A stretch of 64,000 nucleotides of DNA from Cetorhinus maximus. Taxonomy: Eukaryota. The notes under the pieces were generated by a model. It did not search any database and was not told the origin of the DNA. It saw only the letters and a list, made by a program, of their open reading frames with translations. Position numbers and translations under genes: made by a program. The stretch's first letter is position 1, and the number at the start of each line of letters is the position of its first letter. Location: positions 57,288,001 through 57,352,000 of the forward strand of contig NC_135893.1 of assembly GCF_964194155.1 (NCBI RefSeq), written 5' to 3'. Positions 1 to 12,282 of the stretch are shown here, piece by piece.

Positions 1-1524
1 ACAGTGGTCAGTTACACTGAGACACACACGCTGTGAGGACAGTGGTCAGTTCCACTGAGAAACACACTGTGAGGGCAGTGGTCAGTTACACTGAGACACA
101 CACTGTGAGGACAGTGGTCAGTTACACTGAAACACACATGCTGTGAGGACAGTGGTCAGTTACACTGAGACACACACTGTGAGGACAGTGGTCAGTTACA
201 CTGGAACACACACACACTGTGAGGACAGTGGTCAGTTACACTGAGACAAACACTGTGAGAAAAGTCGTCAGTTACACTGAGACACACACACTGTGAGGAC
301 AGTGGACAGTTACATTGAAACACACACACACTGTGAGGACAGTGGTCAGTTACAGTGAAACACATACACACGCACACATACACACATTGTGAGGACAGTG
401 GTCAGTTCCACTGGGACACACACACTGTGAGAGCAATGGTCAGTTACACTGAAACACACACAGTGATGGCAGTGGTCAGTTACACTGAAACACACACAGT
501 GAGGGCAATGGTCAGTTGCACTGAAACACACACAGTGATGGCAATGGTCAGTTACACTGAAACACACACACAGTGAGAGCAGTGGTCAGTTACACTGAGA
601 CACACACACACTGTGAGGACAGTGGTCAGTTACACTGAGACACACACACAGTGAGGGCAGTGGTCAGTTATACTGAAACACACACAGTGAGGGCAATGGT
701 CAGTTACACTGAAACACACACACAGTGAGAGCCGTGGTCAGTTACACTGAGACACACACACTGTGAGGACAGTGGTCAATTACACTGAGACACACACACA
801 TTGTGAGGACTGTGGACAGTTACATTGAAACACACATACACACACACAGTGAAGACAGTGGTCAGTTACACTGAGACACACACTGTAAGGACAGTGGTCA
901 GTTACACTGAGACACACACACACTGTGAAGACAGTGGTCAGTTACACTGGGACATACACACACTGTGAGGACAGTGGTCAGTTACAGTGAAACACACATA
1001 CACACACATTGTGAGGACAGTGGTCAGCTACATTGAAACCCACATACAGTGATGGCAGTGGTCAGTTACACTGAAACAAATACTGTGAGGACAGTAGTCA
1101 ATTACAGTGAAACACACACAGTGTGGGCAGTGGTCAGTTACACTGAGACACACACATACTGTGAGGACAGTGGACAGTTACATCGAAACACACACACTGC
1201 GAGGACAGTGGTCAGTTACACTGAGACACACACACAGTGAGGGCAGTAGTCAGTTACACTGAAACACACACATTGAGGGCAATGGTCAGTTGCGCTGAGA
1301 CACACACCGTGAGGAGAGTAGCCAGTTAACTGAAACACACGCTGTGAGGACAGTGGTCAGTTACACTGAGACACACACACACTGTGAGGACAGTAGTCAG
1401 TTACACTGAGACACACACACTGTGAGGACAGTGGTCAGTTACACTGAGACGCACACTGTGAGGACAGTGCTCCGTTATACTGAGACACACACACACTGTG
1501 AGGACAGTGGTCAGTTACAGTGAA

Positions 1525-1562
<38 letters not shown>

Positions 1563-2246
1563 TGTGAGGACAGTGGTCAGTTACACTGAAACACACACAG
1601 TGAGGGCAGCGGTCAGTTACACTGAAACACACACACAGTGAGAGCAGTCGTCAGTTACACTGAAACACACACAGTGTGGGCAGTGGTCAGTTACAATGAG
1701 ACACACACATACTGTGAGGACAGTGGACAGTTACATTGAAACACACACACACTGTGAGGACAGTGGTCAGTTACACTGAAACACACACAGTGAGGGAAGT
1801 GGTCAGTTACACTAAGACACACATATACGGTGAGGACGGTGGACAGCTACATTGAAACACACACACACACACACATACACACTGTGAGGACAGTGGTCAG
1901 TTACACTGAGACACACACACACAGTGAGGGCAGTGGTCAGTTACATTGAACACACACACACACACACACACACACACTGAGGGCAGTGGTCAGTTACACT
2001 GAGACACACACTGTGAGGACAGTGGTCAGTTACACTGAGACACACTGTGAGGACAGTGGTCAGTTACACTGAAACAGACACTGTGAGGGCAGTGGTCAGT
2101 TACATTGAAACACACGCTGTGAGGGCAGTGGTCAGTTACACTGAGACACACACTGTGAGGACGGTGGTCAGTTACACTGAAACACACACTGTGAGGACAA
2201 TGGGCAGTTACATTGAAACACACACACTGTGAGGGCAGTGGTCAGA
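1..2246. repeat. Minisatellite, ~39-45-bp unit ACAGTGGTCAGTTACACTGA(G/A)(AC)nTGTGAGG with a variable internal (CA)n tract; runs off the left edge
   Basis: About 50 tandem copies are directly visible; the ORFs here (SVTDHCPH.../VSYTETHT...) are translations of the repeat. Confidence 0.97.
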
Positions 2247-2564
2247 TACCACAACCTGCCAAAGGATCAAGTAAGGCAGCAGAGTTCCTTCAATCTCCTC
2301 TCTCTCCTCCCTGAAGGAAAGCATATTGAGAGAATCAGAAGAGAAAATTACTACTTGGTCACTCTGTCAGCTACTCTGTGCAGGGATGGGGCCAGAGAAA
2401 GAATGTGTGACAATGGATGTGAGAAACAGCCCTTAGTGCTGAGGTCAGGGGGATAGGGTGCATCATGGCCATTGACTGTCGGGTTACCATGTCCTGTTGC
2501 CCTTGTGCTGTCTGTCAGTGTGACGACACTGTGATCTTAAACAGTTCAAGCAGGCTGAATGTTG

Positions 2565-4782
2565 GGGGTGAGTTTTACATTTGAAAATGGGGACCGCTGG
2601 CCCCCGTTCATACATAAAATCCGGCACGATGACATTGAGTCACTAACCCGATGTCATCACGCCGATCTCCGATGCACTGGAATGCAATTCATAACGCTTC
2701 CCAGTATCCCATCAGTGAGCTGCTGGGTTTGGCCCTCTCTGACAGTTACCAGTCCCTCGATGGAGCAAGCCATGTGTTCTGAAGAGTGGGTGATCACAGC
2801 ACCCATGGTCTGGATGGGCTCCTCCACCCTCCGTGCCAGTGCACCCAGCCCCTCTGGTATCTCCGTCACATCTTCATGTACCTCGCGCTGGACATTCAAC
2901 ACCTGCCGCCTGACGGACGACTCCAGAGGGTCATCCTCAGCCTGAGGCTCAGCATCTAGGTTGCCTCCAACACTCCTCCTAATGCAAAGGCCTGCACTAT
3001 CTCAGTCTCTGACAGCTGGTCTGGTGACTGGGATGTGCTCACACCACTGTGTGTGGATCCCTTTGAGCTGACTCGTGCATTCCCACCGAGGTACGTACAT
3101 CTACACTGGTGCTAGGTGTGGAGCAAGGATATGACCCTGAACCCTCTGAGGCTCCGCCCTCCTCCTCAGAGGTTAACATTGGTCCATCGGGGATGGTCAG
3201 TGCAGCTGTCGATGTTTCACAAGTGGGGGAAGCAAACAAGGAGTGTGAAGAGCACCATCATGATTTGAGATGACTTCACAGAGACACGCTTCCCAAAAAC
3301 ACACATTGGCACCATTGGGAGATGGGAACCAGGGCTTAAACCTCAGCCCCTTCAGCATTGAGACACACATTGCTTCCCAAATCCTGCAAGCCTCCAAAGT
3401 CCAAACTCATCAATGTGACCTCCCCGCCACCTTCCCCAGTTTCCACTCCCCTCCCCAGCCCCTTCAGCACTATCTTTACCAGAGAGATCTATGCAGACTT
3501 GGAATCTCACCACCCCAGGGCCATCCTCCAACCTCACCTTACCCAATGCTGTGATCCACTGGCTCAGTGCCAGCTTCAGAACTTCCTCCTCTAAGGGGCT
3601 GAAATGGGCAGGTTTGGTTAAACACCTCCAGTCCTGGCCCTCTCTCCGGCATGGTGTGCCCTTTTCTCCTGCAAATGAAAAGGGACATTGTAATGAATCT
3701 ACTGTGGAAAAATCATTCTTTCAATTGTGTGCCCGACATATACTCCGTCAACAGTCAACAACTCTCAATGATCCTTGCAAACTAACAGGTGTTGCAGTGC
3801 ATTAGCCATACCCCAACCTACCCCACCCCACAATCCCCCAGCGCCATGCAGAGTGGCATATCTGCTTCATGCCACCTTGTGCACTTGGCCAAGACATTGG
3901 GCAATCCCACACTCGACCCACACCACACCCACACACCCATCCATATAGGTCCATCTGCAAAATGGTTACATGTTCACCCTCTAAGAGGTCAGTGAGCCTT
4001 TTATGGCACTGCAGCAATGATCTGTGGATGACCTCACAGCTGCTCATTAACACTGTGACCTCCATCCAGGCTACTTTGGTCTGGCTGGGAGATCTCCTCT
4101 TCCTATCAGCTGGAATGAGGGCCTCCCACCGATCACCCACAGCCTGGAGGAGGACTCACAAGGAGTCATCCTCAAGCCATGGGGCCGTCCTTGGCCTGGG
4201 CCCCTCAACAGCCGGTCCCTCCATTCTCTTTGCCGTACGGTAGCCCTAGAGCCTCTGTGGAGAGACCAAGAGAGTTAATGAATAGAATTTAAGTCTTTTC
4301 CTAAACACTTGCTATTCATAAGGGGAAGGGGGCAGGTGTGCCCAAATGTTCTTCCCTTCCTGGCATGGGTCCTGTATGCTGTGGTCCTCACTGCTGGCAT
4401 AATAGTCACCAAACTTTAAAAACAAGCTCTTACCTGCTGCTGCTCCAATAGTTCAATGGATTTACAAGTCTTCTTGGTGCAAACTTCTGCCTCCAGACCA
4501 GTAATTGTTACGCAGCTTACACCAGCCCTTGTCAAGGTGCCTTTAAATGGGTGACCTTGACCAAAGTGTGGTCCATGGCCTGACCCTTCTCCTCAGACAT
4601 CCCATCCCACCCTGGAGCCCCGATTGGGTGTGCTGCCCACCCTTCTTGTGGGCTGTTGGCTGCTAATAGGCCGATAAATGCTTTGTTCAGCATCTTTAAA
4701 AGGGGGTGTGGGAGTCAATACATCACGCACGTCTGGGCCAAACTCACGCCCCCTGCCCACCAAAAGGCCTAAAATTCACCCC
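2565..4782 (-). mobile_element. Non-autonomous PIF/Harbinger element (~2.2 kb) carrying only a decayed Myb/SANT gene
   Basis: TIRs GGGGTGAGTTTTA (2565) and TAAAATTCACCCC (to 4782); flanks TTG/GTG; internal Myb/SANT remnant; no transposase motifs seen. Confidence 0.8.
2657..4224 (-). pseudogene. Spliced Harbinger Myb/SANT-like (NAIF1/MSANTD-type) gene remnant
   Basis: ATG at 4224: MEGPAVEGPRPRTAPWLEDDSL*VLLQAVGDRWEAL...AWMEV...RSLLQCHKRLTDL; the second exon starts ttgcag|EKRAHHAGERARTGG near 3668, followed by an acidic/ST-rich exon and a coiled-coil-like segment; in-frame stops present. Confidence 0.75.
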
Positions 4783-4977
4783 GTGTCCAGCTCACCACTG
4801 TTCCTGGCTTTCTCAATCTCAACATCCATGAAACAAATTCATTCATCTCTTTTTAATTCAGGGAATTGTTATTGTTGTTATTTGTAATAGAAGACAGCAA
4901 CTTACTTTTAACATAGAAAATATTCCTAAGGGAGTTCACAGGAGAAAATGCCATGATAGGAACTAGTCAAATAGGTA

Positions 4978-5415
4978 CTAGAGTTGCATTTCTATAACAC
5001 CTTTTACAACCTCAAGACCTCCCAAAGCACTTTCCAGCCAATGTAGTTATTTTTTTAATTGTAGTCACTATCATATTGTAGGAAACATGGCAGCTAATTT
5101 GTACATGACAAGATCCCACAAACAGCAACTGAATAAATAACCAGATGGTGTTGGTTGAGCGATGAATAATGTCCAGGGGCACCAGGAAGAATGCCTGTGC
5201 CCTTCTGGAATTGTGGGTGTTTACATCAACCTGAGGGGGTAGACAGGGCCTCAGTTTAGCATTTCATCCAAAAGGCTTCACCTCTGACAGTGTAGCACAT
5301 TGCCAATTCTGTACTGAAGTGGCAGATGGAATATGTGTTTGTGTCTTTAGAGTAACACAAAAAACACAACCTATTGACTCAGAGGTGAGAGTGCTACACA
5401 CTGAGCGACATGGTC
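4978..5415 (-). mobile_element. Deu-domain-type SINE (SacSINE1/AmnSINE1-like)
   Basis: Reverse complement has the TGGGATCTTG..TGTACAAATTAGCTGCC core, the ...AAATGCAA tail and a tRNA-like head; matches four other copies in the window. Confidence 0.8.
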
Positions 5416-5989
5416 AGCAAATTGGGTGAGATGGTCAAAGAATTGTGTTTTGGTGAGGATTTTAAAGATGTGCAGGAAGCAAAAAGGGAAGAAGCATTTG
5501 TGACTAGATCCCATATTCCTGAAAGTTTGAGCCCCTACAGAAAGACATCCTGCAAAAAATGAAGTCTGCAAATGACAAGCGATAGTACCACTGCTGGGTG
5601 ACAATAGAAGGTGGGAGAGCTGCTGCATAAAGGGAAGCTTTCTCTCAAGGCCCGAGTGAAAGGGGCCTCAATCAGTTCCCTTCCCAATTCTTGTATTTCC
5701 CTGTCAGTTCCACCCAGAGAACCATTGAGAGGGGACAGACATATGGGCAAGAGAGAACTTCCCAATAGGAGGGGAGAGTCTGTATTAAATTTCTTCTGAA
5801 GTGAGCAGAGCCAACTCTAATTAATCCGAGTTGGTGGGTGTTACTGCCAACAGGCAGATCAGTTTAACCAGATATTTATAGATTATAGAATCATAAACTG
5901 AGTCATCCACTTGGGAAGATTAATGCCATTCCAATGTGCTTCTGATTTATTTAATGATGTGATGCGAAGATCTCAAGATCATAACAGAG

Positions 5990-6280
5990 GCTGTATCTAA
6001 CCCATGTTGTACCTGCCCTGGGAGTGTTGATAGGACAGTGTAGAGAGAACTCTACTTATAACCCATGTTGTACCTTCCCTGGGAGTGTTTGATGGGACAG
6101 TGCAGTGAGAAATCTACTTATAACCCATGCTGTACCTGCCTTGGGAGTGTTTGATGGGACAGTGTAGAGAGAACTCTACTTATAACCCATGCTGTACCTA
6201 CCCTGGGAGTGTTTGATGGGACAGTGTAGAGAGAACTCCACTCCGTATCTAACTGGTCCCGTACCTTCTCTCAGAGTGTA
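5990..6280. repeat. Tandem ~61-bp repeat (TAACCCATGCTGTACCTGCCCTGGGAGTGTTTGATGGGACAGTGTAGAGAGAACTCTACTTA), about 4.5 copies
   Basis: Direct inspection; related units occur inverted at 33965-34140. Confidence 0.9.
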
Positions 6281-8861
6281 TAGGGAATTGGGGGTGTTTA
6301 AAATGTAATTGCAATGAACTCTATCCCCAGTCCTCACATCCCTTATCTTTATGAGTGCAAAGATATGAAGAGAAAGGTCGCTAAATTCAAAAAGGCTAAA
6401 CTGCAGCATTCATCCCTATTAAATCTGTTGGTATAGTTTGAGGGGTCAGTTATTACATAAGAAAAATAAAGCAGCATAGAGTGAACTTGCTTCCAAAATA
6501 CTTCTTATATTCCTGCTGTCAGAGTATAGCAAAGAATGACAGATTAACTTCAGCAGCAATGTGGACACAAATAGCAGAAAGATACATTATGCCATCACCA
6601 ACATCATTTACTACATATAAATCTCCCAGTGGGATATTGATGATTACCTTGTGCTCCACAAATACTGCTCTCCACAAAGTCTTCCTCCATTCTTTTCACA
6701 CATTCCCTTCATCAGCTGGGAGTTTTTATTGTGTCACTTCAGTTCACTGCTCTCCTCCCTTCATGTGTACGGTATTACGCACATAGAACAGTGTGCAAGG
6801 GTTGGAGTGTCACTGCCACTGAACTCATCCTCCTCAGTAGGAGAATTGACCCCAACAGGATTCCAGCTCCTGACTGCCCTCAAAATACCCTCCAGGGAAA
6901 TGTACACAAATTCCTACTTGAGTGAGAATGAGACCTAGCTTGTTTATATTGCACTTCTTGGTCAAACGACCATCTGGCAATGAGTCACTAGGCTTGCCAA
7001 ATAATAATGACTAAAGGATGGCGGGCAAACACTGAACTGTGTCAGATCAAGAGCCAATGCCTTAAGAAGACGCAAGAAACTGGGCCAAAACGAACCTACA
7101 ATGGTTTCAGTGCATTGGTGGGGTAATAGAGGAGGCACCTGCATTTGTGAATGAGAGGTGCCAGTGGATATAACTTAAGATTTCCACATGAGCTTTTAAA
7201 GAATATTGAGACTGGGATAATCATTGGCAAATGATTTATGGATTTGCCAGGTGAACAACGGTGGGAGCGTGGGGGCTGAGCAATGGGAAACAGGAAGTCA
7301 TGTCATAAAACTTCCCAGAAAATGTTCGGCCAGAATTGACAACCCAATATTCCCCCAAATGAAAGGGAGGTGTTGGAGACAGTACCAGTTATCACCATCC
7401 ATCCCATCTCACCCACCCCTCTTGCCCCCTCACCTCCCCCTCCCAACACATTTTCCAGCAGTCAAGAGTGCTAATGATAGAAGAGCTGGGAACAGTCACA
7501 CAACCCACCCTAGTACCTGAAATGAGATGTGAGAACTCAGGATGGAATGCCAGGAAGGGAGGAAAACTAGCTAGCTAGCTGACAGAATAAATAACTAATG
7601 AAGGGTGCACTGTCGTGCCACCTTGTAAAAGACTTGTTACTTAAAGCGACGTGACAGGCACAACATTTCTTTATTTGAACAAGTTCCACTTTTTTTGTTG
7701 CCCATGGCAACAAGATCCTACACGACTAAAGCCTCGACCATTCTTGGTCCTTCACAACACTGAAAGTTAAAATAAGATTGAAACAAGGCATCTGCCATGT
7801 ATAACTCACACCAAGCCAAGAAATTCTATTCCAACATGTCATTAACGCCAACAGTTGCTTTGGCATCTACCCATCAACATTCGCTGGCCTCCTTGCTTGT
7901 CTGTTCAATATTCAAATAGATTAAAGATCCTCACGCACAGGCCTGAGGTGCTGTAATGAATTGCAGGCATTGAGCGAACATAAAGAATATGCCCATGAGA
8001 GCAGATCAAAGATTCCACAGCAGAATATGTATTTTTCAACATCATTCAGTCTCTGCCACTGTTGGGAGATACTTGAGCATAATACTGGAGTCCAATAGAC
8101 ATTGGTGAGTAGACACTCACCCATAGAATACCCTAATTCCAAATACAATGCTCACAATCTTCCTCTTGAGCCCCAAATACCTGTCCAACACACTCTTAAT
8201 TCTCATTCCACCCTTGCAGTGTTGAAACAAAGACTTATCAAAACATCTTCTACTCTAACACATTTTCCCCAACCCCACATCCACAATGTCGTTCCTGCTG
8301 CTGACCTCTTCTTCTTCAGTTCTCTGCCTGAAGGCAGGTCTGACCCATAGTGCCACAATCTCTATCACGCTAGGGCAATGAAGCAGGCCCCCAATCCATC
8401 CCAGCCAGAACAAGGATCAAATCCCATGCTGTTGGCACCAATCTGATCCATACCGGCCACCCAGGCTACTAAGCCATCCGGCCCCCCAAGGAGTGCAAGT
8501 TACTGTGTCAACAGGCACTTTTACATGCATACGTTGTAACCTGGAGCTGTGAATAGAGATGGCAGAGGCTCCAATTTTCTTTCCATCACATGGATGACCA
8601 GGAATCTCTCCTGCTCTTACTGCCTGCCATTGGCATATGTTGGAAGGATTTACAGGTTGACATTCAATCTCTTTGTCCGCATTATGAACACGCTTTCCTT
8701 GGTCATCAAGTTCTGGAGTGTGTCTCGCACCCGGAGCTTCTGGCTCAGAGGCAGGGATGCTACCCTCTGCATAACAAGATCTCCTCTACAGACTAAAGGA
8801 TTCTTAATGATATAAGCTCAGTCATAAATATCCACAGCTTTACAATTTACCCCACCTTCTA

Positions 8862-10030
8862 CATACAAACATATGAATTAGGAGCAAATGTAGGTCATTC
8901 AGCTCCCCCCAGCCTGCTCCACTATTCAATAAGATCATGGCTGATCTGATTGTGCCCTCAACGCCATGTTCCCACCTACCCCCAATACTCTTTTTCTCCC
9001 TTGTTAGTCAAGAAACTGTCTCTCTCTGCCTTAAAATTATTCAGTGACCCTGCCACTACTGTCCTCTGGAGAAGAGAGTTCCACAGACTCATGACCCTCT
9101 GAGAGAAAAAATTTCTCTTCTCCTCCATCTTAAATGGGAGACCTCTTATTTTTAAACCGTATCCCCTAGTTCTAGTCTCTCCCACAAGGGAAAACTCATT
9201 CTTCTAACCTCCACTGGATACAGGCCCAACCTGTCCTCCTTTCCTCTAAAAATAAACCCCTCATCCCAGGAATAAGGCAAGTGAGCCTTCTCTGAATTGC
9301 TTTGAATGCAAATATGACCTTTCTTAAGAAAGGGGACCAAAACTGTACACAATACTCTAGATGCAGTCTCACCAATGCCCTGTACAACTGTAACAAAATA
9401 TCCGTACTTTATATTCCATTCCCTTTGTAATAAACAACAGCATTCCATTAGCCTTGTAATCACTTGCTGTACCTGCATACTAACTCTTTGTGATTCATGT
9501 ACCAGGACACCCAGATCCCTCTATACTGCAGAGTTCTGAAATGTCTCTCCTTTTAGACAATATGCTGCTTTTTCATTCTCCCTGCCAAAGTGGACAAGTT
9601 CACAGTTTCCCACCTTATATTCCATCTGCCAAATTTTTGGCCACTGATTTAACCTATCCATATTCCTTTGCAGACTCATTATGCCCTTTCACAACTTACT
9701 TTCCTATCTATCTTTGTGTCATTAGCAAATTTAGCAATTATACATTTGGTCCCTTCAACCAAATCATTGATATAGACTGTAAATAGTTGAGGCCCCAGCA
9801 CTGAGCCTTGCAGCAGACCACTCATTACACTTGCTGACCCAAAAATGACCCATTTGTGCCTATTCTCTGTTTCCTTTTAGCTGACCAATCTTCTATCCAT
9901 ACTAATATATACACCAACACTATGAGCTCTTATATTGTGTAGTAACCTAGTAACTTAGTAACCAAGTGGCACCTTGTCAAAAACCTTCTGGAAATCCAAG
10001 TACACCACCACATCCATAGGTTTTCCCTTA
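8862..10030 (-). mobile_element. Decayed 5'-truncated CR1-clade LINE (RT C-terminus and 3'UTR)
   Basis: Fragments LQLYRALVRLHLEYCVQFWSP and GETRTRGYGLKIRG..RNFFSQRV; frameshifted. Confidence 0.9.
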
Positions 10031-10191
10031 TCTTGTCTCTCCTGTTAATGCAACTGGTTCATAACTATAGAAGTAAATAGGTTGGATATGAGCCAATGGA
10101 TATCATTACAGTAAATGAGTGTTCCAGTGAACTAAAACAAAAATAGCTAGAAAAACTCAGCAGGTCTGACAGCATCTGCGGAGAGGAAGAC

Positions 10192-10230
10192 AGTTAACGT
10201 TTCGAGTCCGTATGACTCTTCTTCAGAACT
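10192..10230 (-). ncRNA. Minimal type I hammerhead ribozyme motif (left PLE arm)
   Basis: Reverse complement reads AGUU-CUGAAGA-A-GAGUC(AUACG)GACUC-GAAA-CGUU-AACU. Confidence 0.7.
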
Positions 10231-10632
10231 AAAGAAAAATAGAAATGAGGTGAACTATAAGCTGTTTGAGGGGGGTGGGACAGGTAGAGCTGGATAGAGG
10301 GCCAGAGATAGGTGGAGGCAAAGAAGAGATTGCCAAAGATGTCATAGACAAAAGGACAAAGGGGTATTGACGGTGGTGATATTAGTTAAAGGATGTGCTA
10401 ATGGTGACATTAAGGGTAGAAGGCAGGATGAGCAAGTGACAGATAGCCCTAGTGGGGGTGGGGTAGGGGGAAGGGATCGAAATAGGTTAACAGATGGAGA
10501 TAAAACAATGGATGGGAACAAATTTTAAAATAATAATAGAAGTAGGTGGGAAAAGAAAAATATATTTTAAAAAGATATAAATTATTAGAAAAAAGGGGAA
10601 CCGGAAAGGGGGTGGGGATGGAGGAGAGAGTT

Positions 10633-10889
10633 CATGATCTGAAGTTATTGAACTCAAAGTTAAGCCTGGAAGGCTGTAAAGTGCCTAATCGGAAGATGAG
10701 TTGCTGTTCCTCCGGTTTGCGTTAAGCTTCACTGGAACATTGCAGCAGGCCAAGGATGGACATGTGGGCATGAGAGCAGAGTGGTGTGTTGAAATGGCAA
10801 GCGACAGGGAGGTCTGGGTCATGCTTGCGGACAGACCGAAGGTGTTCCGCAAAGTGATCACCCGGTCTGCGTTTGGTCTCTCCAATGTA
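10633..10889 (-). pseudogene. GIY-YIG endonuclease C-terminal fragment of a Penelope-like element
   Basis: Manual translation: YIGETKRRPGDHFAEHLRSVRKHDPDLPVACHFN...EA*RKPEEQQLIFRLGTLQPSRLNFEFNNFRS*; one internal stop. Confidence 0.88.
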
Positions 10890-11364
10890 GAAACCAAATC
10901 TTCCGATTAGGCACTTTACAGCCTTCTGGACTTAACATTGAGTTCAACAACTTCAGATCATGAACTCTCTCCTCCTTCCCCACCCCCTTTCCGATCCCCC
11001 TTTTTTCTCATAATTTATATATTTTTTTAATATATTTTTCTTTTCCTACTCATTTCTAGTATTATTTTTAAATTTATTTCCATCCATTGTTTTATCTCCA
11101 CCTTTTAGCCTATTTCGATCCTTTCCTCCTACCCCACCCCCACTAGGGCTATCTGTCACTTGTTCGTCCTGTTTTCTACCCTTAATGTCACCATTAGCAC
11201 ATTCTATAGCTAATATCACCACCGTCAACACCCCTTTGTCCTTTTGTCTATGACATCTTTGGCAATCTCTTCTTTGCCTCCACCTATCACTGGCCCTCTA
11301 TCCAGCTCTACCTGTCCCACCCCCCTCAAACAGCTTATATTTCACCTCATTTCTATTTTTCTTT

Positions 11365-11403
11365 AGTTCTGAAGAAGAGTCATACGGACTCGAAACGTTA
11401 ACT
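11365..11403 (+). ncRNA. Minimal type I hammerhead ribozyme motif (right PLE arm)
   Basis: AGTT CTGAAGA A GAGTC ATACG GACTC GAAA CGTT AACT: core boxes, 5-bp stem II, palindromic ACGT in place of stem III, 4-bp stem I. Confidence 0.7.
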
Positions 11404-11503
11404 GTCTTCCTCTCCGCAGATGCTGTCAGACCTGCTGAGTTTTTCCAGCTATTTTTGTTTTTGTTTCTGATTTCCAGCATCCGCAGTATTTTGCTTTCAT
11501 CTT

Positions 11504-11700
11504 AGTGTTACAGTGAAGGTGTGTTATTGCTAGAGTGTTACATTGAGGGTGTGTTATACAGAATTTCACAGTGAGAGAATGTTAAGCAGAGAATGTTAGA
11601 GTGAGAGTGTTGCACTGAGAATATTACAATGAGGGAGTATTGCACAGGAAGTGATACAGGGGGTGTGCTTTACAGAAAATTACACTGGGAGTGTAAGAGA
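11504..11700. repeat. Degenerate copies of the 30-bp GAGTGTTACAGTGAGGGTGTGTTATACAGA minisatellite
   Basis: Same unit as 18667-22222 but diverged. Confidence 0.75.
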
Positions 11701-12282
11701 AAGTCTGGAACTAGGTTTGGGAGCTGAGGAGCGAGTCAGGAGCTGGGGAAAGAGTTGAGAGCTGGGGAGAAAGTCGGGTGGGAGAGGCCTTTGGAAGAGA
11801 TTAGGTGCCCTTTGGGAGAGATAAGGTGCCCTTTGAGACTGGTCAGGTGCCCTTTGGGGTTATTAAAAGTAGATACATATGTGTGTAAAAAGTGCATAAA
11901 TTCATTGGAACCGTCACGCTCATTGGAATTGTCATGAGAGCTATCAAAAGAACTGTCAAGAGAACTGTGAAAAAGAGCTGTCAAAGTGAGCTGTCAAGGT
12001 CTCAAGGCATTCAAATCTCCTGCCCTTTAAACATTTGAGAAAAAAAACTGCCTGCAGTGTTAAAAAAAATCAGTACTTACGGTTTTACTGTTTGTTAACA
12101 TAAGCCTGAGTGTTACCACTATAGGATTAATGCTGCATGACTGATTTCACAAACTACCATTATCACACAGTGTGGCGCCTGTCAGTTCAGGTTGATTGAC
12201 AATTTCAAAGAACAAAGAAAAGTACAGCACAGGAACAGGCCCTTCGGCCCTCCAAGCCTGCGCCGATCATATTGCCCGTCAA

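Larger units (their letters stand above)
10132..11503. mobile_element. Penelope-like element remnant in inverted (fold-back) configuration
   Basis: Arms 10133-10697 and 10898-11463 are reverse complements; the minus strand of the centre encodes a GIY-YIG C-terminus; flanked by AGTGTT(C/A)CAGTGAA direct repeats. Confidence 0.9.

Noticed and set aside
1-2246. CRISPR-like repeat/spacer appearance
   Set aside because: The variable parts are only (CA)n length changes, there are no unique spacers or cas genes, and the context is vertebrate
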